From the NCBI GenBank assembly GCA_963712305.1, contig CAVQHI010000002.1, forward strand, positions 1,705,075-1,769,074: 64,000 bases of DNA, given 5' to 3'. The notes under the pieces are model-generated. The model was not told the origin of the DNA. It made no database searches and worked only from the letters and a program-made list of their open reading frames with translations. Both the position numbers and the translations under genes were made by a program. The stretch is from an uncultured bacterium (GTDB lineage: Bacteria > Bacteroidota > Rhodothermia > Balneolales > DATFMH01). Positions 59,069 to 64,000 of the stretch are shown here, in pieces. Position 1 is the stretch's first letter, and each line of letters starts with the position of its first letter.

Positions 59069-61216
59069 ATGGCAACTAAGAAAAATGCATCTTCCAGTTC
59101 TAAGAAACCGGGCAGCTTTCGCATTACCGGACAAATTCAGCGAGAGCAGACCGACAGACAACCAGGAGAACTAAAACTAACCGCTTATGTCTTTGATAAA
59201 GCCGGGCATTTGCTTGGCAGCTCAGAAGTCGACGGCAAAGGCAACTACAATGTTGCCGTAAAACTAGCCAGACCTGCTGACGTTGAGTTACTTGTGGGGC
59301 CGGCTGATATGTCGGACGAGATACGCTCTTCAAGCGCATACCGGAAGTCGTTATCCGCAAAAGATTGGAAAGGAGAAGGAGACCAGTTTCGTCTTAAATT
59401 TGACGCTTCCCTGCCGTTTGAAATATGGTATCCGTGGTGGCCGACACGCATCTGTGTTTCAGGCCATGTTCGGAAAGTGAGTCATCAGGATGATGGCACT
59501 GAAATTTGTGCCGTCCCATTTGTAAAGGTCGAAATATTCGATGTTGACCGGGAGTTCTGCCTTTGGCCATATATCCGGGACTGGTGGAAAGTTCTGCTCG
59601 ACCGGCCAGTGATTCGATTGCCGGAATTGCAAAAGAAGCCGCCCTTTCCGCCCGAGCCTTTTCCCGGACCTGATCCTGTTCCTGATATTAACCTGGGGCC
59701 ATTTTCAGAACTCACTGGAGGGTTTGGTACTTCTCCGTTAGAACGGATAGCCTTAAACCCGCAGCCTCTCCCACCGAGAAGCAGTTTGAGTAATCCGGTT
59801 TCAAGGGTATCATTAAATCCGCAACCGGAACCACCTAGCCTCCAGACCTTGCAAACAGATACTTCAAGGGTTGGAGAGGCGCGCTTGATAGACAGCAGTA
59901 TTGCCTCGAGACTCGAGAAACTGACCGTGACTTCGAAGATTGCACCATGGATTATCTTTCCCGGTTGCTTTTACAGTAAGGTCAAGGTTTGTGAAACTAC
60001 GACCGATTGCAATGGGTATTTTAACTGCTGCTTCAAATGGTGGCCATTCCACTTCCGCAATGGCCGGCTTCGTTACGACTCCAGACCGGATATTATCATC
60101 CGTGTAACACAGGTCATTAACGGTGTTCCCACTGTCATCTATCTTGATCCTTACACCAGCACCCGCTGGAATGTTACAAATGCTCATATCGATCTGTTCC
60201 TTGACAACGAGGAGATCGTCTGCAGCCACGGTAACTGCTATGATCCGGAACCCGGCTCACCCGTTTTCTTCACCCGAATCGGTGATGATGAAGTCTATAA
60301 GATCAACCAGGCCAGTGGACTATATAACGAAGGAGCACTGGCTAATGTCGCGTACGGCGGAAACCTGTTGGTATACGGCCAGTTTGGTGATGATTTGACA
60401 TCTGGCTCGCCTGCACGTTACTATCGTCTTTCATATGCCAGGAACGGGACCACTGATTTCACTCCGATAACAGCGTCACTTTCTGACACGCGGGTATCAA
60501 AGAGTACGTTAAACGGTGAATCCCATCCACTTGGCCCACAAACCGTAAACGGTGTGCCGGCTTTGTATGAAGTCCGCGATTTCAGTGATTATTACTGGTA
60601 CAACCCGGACTGGCTCGGTACATGGTACACCAAACAGGTTGAACCAGACACGGATAAATATATCCTTCGGCTGGAAGTCTTCGATCAGAACGGGAATAAG
60701 CTTACGACAGCTATGGGCGTAGACTACAGGAATGGGGCAGGTTCCGGAAACGGCACACCACCCGCTCCGCTGCCGCCAATGACTGATCGTTGCGATCTCG
60801 TGCTTACCCTGGACAACAAACGGGCGGAAGTAGAGCTTACCATTCCAGCTGTTATCAACGAATGCGGCGTAATTCCATGGACGCCGGCATTGTCCCTGGA
60901 TTTCAATGTTCATGTATCACAGGAAAACAATCGCCTGAGATCATGGGGACTTTATTATACCAAAGGGATCAATCCTACTATCCACTACCTCGACAGCGGG
61001 TATTCCAATAATGGTCTGCCCGGCACTGTAAATAAAACGGTGCCCGGAGGGACGGCATCACCATCGCCGGGAACCGGCATGCTGGCGAACCTGAACAGTA
61101 CATGCGCGTTTGCACTCAAACTCTACGCTTATGCACATGTACGGGATGGGCGTCACTTTATCTACTATACTGAGGAGATAAAAGCGATTGCCATTGAAAA
61201 ATGCTCGTCTTCCTGA
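59069..61216 (+). CDS. Large hypothetical protein with a Pro-rich insert and two LNPQPxPP motifs
   Basis: 715-aa ORF; AGGAG RBS; Cys-rich, apparently beta-rich domains; no signal peptide. Confidence 0.8.
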   Translation: MATKKNASSSSKKPGSFRITGQIQREQTDRQPGELKLTAYVFDKAGHLLGSSEVDGKGNYNVAVKLARPADVELLVGPADMSDEIRSSSAYRKSLSAKDWKGEGDQFRLKFDASLPFEIWYPWWPTRICVSGHVRKVSHQDDGTEICAVPFVKVEIFDVDREFCLWPYIRDWWKVLLDRPVIRLPELQKKPPFPPEPFPGPDPVPDINLGPFSELTGGFGTSPLERIALNPQPLPPRSSLSNPVSRVSLNPQPEPPSLQTLQTDTSRVGEARLIDSSIASRLEKLTVTSKIAPWIIFPGCFYSKVKVCETTTDCNGYFNCCFKWWPFHFRNGRLRYDSRPDIIIRVTQVINGVPTVIYLDPYTSTRWNVTNAHIDLFLDNEEIVCSHGNCYDPEPGSPVFFTRIGDDEVYKINQASGLYNEGALANVAYGGNLLVYGQFGDDLTSGSPARYYRLSYARNGTTDFTPITASLSDTRVSKSTLNGESHPLGPQTVNGVPALYEVRDFSDYYWYNPDWLGTWYTKQVEPDTDKYILRLEVFDQNGNKLTTAMGVDYRNGAGSGNGTPPAPLPPMTDRCDLVLTLDNKRAEVELTIPAVINECGVIPWTPALSLDFNVHVSQENNRLRSWGLYYTKGINPTIHYLDSGYSNNGLPGTVNKTVPGGTASPSPGTGMLANLNSTCAFALKLYAYAHVRDGRHFIYYTEEIKAIAIEKCSSS

Positions 61217-61239
61217 TAGGAATAATGGATAACCTTCCG

Positions 61240-61270
61240 CGGCGGATACCTTGTTTAAAGGTATCCGCCG
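61240..61270 (+). terminator. Hairpin after the 715-aa gene
   Basis: CGGCGGATACCTT / AAGGTATCCGCCG 13-bp stem with a weak U-tract. Confidence 0.55.
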
Positions 61271-61274
61271 TTAA

Positions 61275-61512
61275 TCTCCCCTTCCGGGAGGGGATTAAGG
61301 GGTGGGTTTCCCACGTAGTATGTGGACTCCACGTCTATTAATTATCGTGAGTTCGATATAAGAACTTCGATCACCGCTTAATGTCATTTTCCCGAGGCCT
61401 CGGGACGTAGAAATCCAAGCTACCGAAAAACGCCAGAAAAATGCATTGACCATATGTGATGATTGTAACCAGGATGGATTCCTCCACTCGCTCAGCTTCG
61501 GTCGGAATGACA
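61275..61512. repeat. Cluster of REP-like palindromic repeats between convergent genes
   Basis: TCCCCTTCCGGGAGGGGATTAAGGGGTGGG; TGTCATTTTCCCGAGGCCTCGGGA; GATTCCTCCACTCGCTCAGCTTCGGTCGGAATGACA. Confidence 0.55.
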
Positions 61513-61583
61513 ATCAAAGGGTTGTAAGCACGGTTTCGTTATCTCGAACTCACCTTAATTAGTCTGTGTCGTTTATACGTAAT

Positions 61584-63641
61584 TCATTTCAACGACTCCC
61601 ACAATCTCTTGCCAAACGATCCTACCTTGTGGAAAATGCTTTTGATCTTTTGCACAAACAGGGGATCGCGGTCTAGATACTCATTCGCATTGAAATCAAA
61701 ATGTCCTTTTATACGCTTTGTAATCGCTGGCGATGCAAAGAAATGTTGCATGTATGGGACGAGTGAGGCGCCTTGTATAGCTCCTCCTGATGTGTAGGTC
61801 AGCGATTTCCCCGAACGGCTGAAGATGCCCATAAAAACGCTCAGGCCATTTGGCCGAACAATGAACAGACCGGCCGATGTATTTTCTTGAGCGGTCCCGG
61901 TTTTTCCAAGGAAGTCCGCATCACTCCAGTGATATTGATTCTCTGCAAAATGCAATGTTCCCATCGGGTCCTTCAGGGCATAGGTAAGGCAGAATGCCGT
62001 CTCGCGTGCTGTTTCATAGGAGAAGAGTGAATCATAAGGTGATACATCATTTTTCTCAGTGATGAAATGATGCGGGATTCTGCCGTAGGGCGGTACATAA
62101 GCCTGCAAAAGCCGGAACAGGTTGAGCGGCACCGGTGCATCCGCACCAATGAACGTGGCTGGATACGGGGTGAACGTTGAATCAACCCCGAGTTTATGAA
62201 CCCGCTGATATAGCGAATCACCATAATTCACAGCAAGATAAGCTGCCGCAACATTATTCGATCGCGCCAGAGCCATAATAGCAGGTTGTTTGGATGGTGA
62301 ATTATCCCTGGATGAATAATTTTTCACCGTCCATGTTCCGTCTATTGTTTGATAATCTTTCGGACCCTCAGCCGGTAGTTTTTTGCTAATGTCCCCACCC
62401 TGGGAGATATATTCGCTGTAAATGAGCGGTTTGACCAGTGAACCGGGCCGCCAGGCAGAGATAATTCTCAAATTGTTCATATACCGTGCACCCTGTTCGG
62501 CAGATCCTACGGCGGCCAAAATGGAATCATAATGAGCTACCACGATAAAACCGTCCAGATCATCGATGCCCGTCTTTTTTTTGAAATTTTGGATAGCCGA
62601 GGTCAGCGTCCGGTGGGCAAGTGCTGTAACCTTTAAATCGATGGTCGAATATATCGGACCGCGTCCGGTATCGGTGGGTTCAATCTGATCTGCAATTTGT
62701 TTGCGATTCTCAAGAAACAAGGCACGTTTCTTAACGTCACTTATGTTGATTACCGGGACATTATGAATCATATCCTGGTAATCGGCCTGCGATATGATAT
62801 TTCTCGATCTCAGGAACGCCGCTCGTCTCAGGTAAATATGTTTGAAAGCCTGAGTATTCTTCAGATAAAGATTTGGTCTGCTGATCAACGCCACAAGAGC
62901 CAAAGCTTCAGGCTTGGTAATTTCCGAAATGTCCTTGTCGAAGATTTCGTAAGCCCCTCTTTTTAGTCCCCTGATTTGTACGGCAGGATCAGAGAATGAT
63001 CCTAAAAAAACACTCGCCATGTAAAAATTAAGCAGTTTTTCGTGTGAGTATCGGTGACTGAGTCCAAGGCTGATTAATGCTTCTTTACCTTTTCGTGTCC
63101 AGAACTTTCTATCATTCTTAAGAATAATCCCGCGTGAAAACTGCTGGATGATCCCGCTTGCTCCCTGCGCAAATCCACCGCTTGAAATATCAGTGGCAAC
63201 CGCCCGCATGAAACCGGACCAGTCGATCACATATGTGTCATCGTATCTGCCATTCTCGATACTGATCAAATAATTCTTCAGAAATGAGGGGATACTGTCC
63301 GGATCATCCGCTTTTGCAATCACTTCCCCGTTGGCATCATAAATTGTGCGCGTCTCGATATATTTGTTCATCACAGTGTCGAGATTCTCAAACCGGTCTG
63401 CTGCGTTGCTGCCAACAAGCATCGACAACCCGAACCTGGGCATGTGAGCCACCCAGAAACCCGCACAGCGCTGAAGGGGGGCTGCCGGAGTGAAAAGCTC
63501 CAGGAACAGAATCAAAAGTACAATCAGCCCAGTGATGACCTTCCTGGGATGATGCTCAAGGGTGAGTTGTAATTTTTCCCTTATAGGATCAATAAAAACA
63601 GACATACAAATGGACGTCAGTAATTCTTTGAAGGTTGCCAA
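61584..63641 (-). CDS. Class A penicillin-binding protein (transglycosylase + transpeptidase), divergent
   Basis: N-terminal TM; GT51-like QGASGIIQQ and RKGKE; transpeptidase SLVK, SNN and KTGT motifs; start uncertain. Confidence 0.8.
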   Translation of the reverse strand: MATFKELLTSICMSVFIDPIREKLQLTLEHHPRKVITGLIVLLILFLELFTPAAPLQRCAGFWVAHMPRFGLSMLVGSNAADRFENLDTVMNKYIETRTIYDANGEVIAKADDPDSIPSFLKNYLISIENGRYDDTYVIDWSGFMRAVATDISSGGFAQGASGIIQQFSRGIILKNDRKFWTRKGKEALISLGLSHRYSHEKLLNFYMASVFLGSFSDPAVQIRGLKRGAYEIFDKDISEITKPEALALVALISRPNLYLKNTQAFKHIYLRRAAFLRSRNIISQADYQDMIHNVPVINISDVKKRALFLENRKQIADQIEPTDTGRGPIYSTIDLKVTALAHRTLTSAIQNFKKKTGIDDLDGFIVVAHYDSILAAVGSAEQGARYMNNLRIISAWRPGSLVKPLIYSEYISQGGDISKKLPAEGPKDYQTIDGTWTVKNYSSRDNSPSKQPAIMALARSNNVAAAYLAVNYGDSLYQRVHKLGVDSTFTPYPATFIGADAPVPLNLFRLLQAYVPPYGRIPHHFITEKNDVSPYDSLFSYETARETAFCLTYALKDPMGTLHFAENQYHWSDADFLGKTGTAQENTSAGLFIVRPNGLSVFMGIFSRSGKSLTYTSGGAIQGASLVPYMQHFFASPAITKRIKGHFDFNANEYLDRDPLFVQKIKSIFHKVGSFGKRLWESLK

Positions 63642-63749
63642 GTCCGAAACTTATCAAAAGAAATGCCCGGAGCCGAGTCTTTTGGGGCGAGTAACGCATG
63701 GGTGGTTGCCAGGGAAAGAGGTAGTGTAGTACCCCGTCCTGAGCAGGCA

Positions 63750-63926
63750 TATTCTGTACCTGACGGCACAGTATAAGAAGGGTAGATCAACCGCTTTCTA
63801 CCCATATTACGTCCCGAAGGGACATGACTCATAATCAAAGCGACAAATCATGCCGTCCCGGAGGAACACAATATGGGTAGAAATAGCAGGCACAACAACC
63901 GATCCCGTGCCGTCAGGTACGGAATA
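63750..63926. repeat. Composite inverted REP doublet (about 177 bp)
   Basis: TATTCTGTACCTGACGGCAC / GTGCCGTCAGGTACGGAATA and TTTCTACCCATATT / AATATGGGTAGAAA nested IRs around GTCCCG.AGG.AC units. Confidence 0.75.
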
Positions 63927-64000
63927 CGATGAACACCACGATAGTTGTTACAACCCCGCTCATTGTAATAAGTCATCTATCCTGCAAGGTTCCTGGCCTA

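Noticed and set aside
61295-61513. 72-aa minus-strand ORF
   Set aside because: Made up of REP-like palindromic repeats between convergent genes.

Overview
Bacterial chromosomal window, probably FCB group (Balneolota/Rhodothermota/Ignavibacteriota-like; inferred from gene content and the use of GGAG/AGGAG Shine-Dalgarno sites). Bases 1-30.4 kb are a plant-pentose/hemicellulose utilisation region: partial aldose 1-epimerase, GH51, GH43, a giant FG-GAP/ASPIC-UnbV lipoprotein, GH97, GH39, a NUDIX-type AraR-like regulator with a recognisable operator, a GalE/UXE-like epimerase-araBDA operon, a Zn-dehydrogenase, then GH3, GH97, GH92, GH31 and an aldo/keto reductase. Next come a complete IS4-family element (20-bp IRs, 9-bp target duplication), a HigBA-order toxin-antitoxin pair and a TolC/MFP/RND/PII-like/DUF2892 efflux operon. 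The remainder is a mixed accessory region: RRM protein, MIP channel, Ser/Thr kinase-TPR with a divergent GAF-PP2C phosphatase, GT4, acyl-CoA dehydrogenase, PRTase plus hydrolase, NIPSNAP, DedA, an LNPQPxPP protein and a class A PBP. Most notable: (1) a 2TM-STING gene divergent from a stand-alone ThsB-like TIR gene with no CD-NTase in the window; (2) a four-helix-bundle (IVP/Avd-like) gene inside a sugar operon, bracketed by a 24-bp inverted repeat, with 7-nt-period arrays at many gene junctions; (3) a sharp high-GC block inside the GH51 gene. No rRNA, tRNA or CRISPR array was recognised. All family calls are by eye from motifs; no database search was run.
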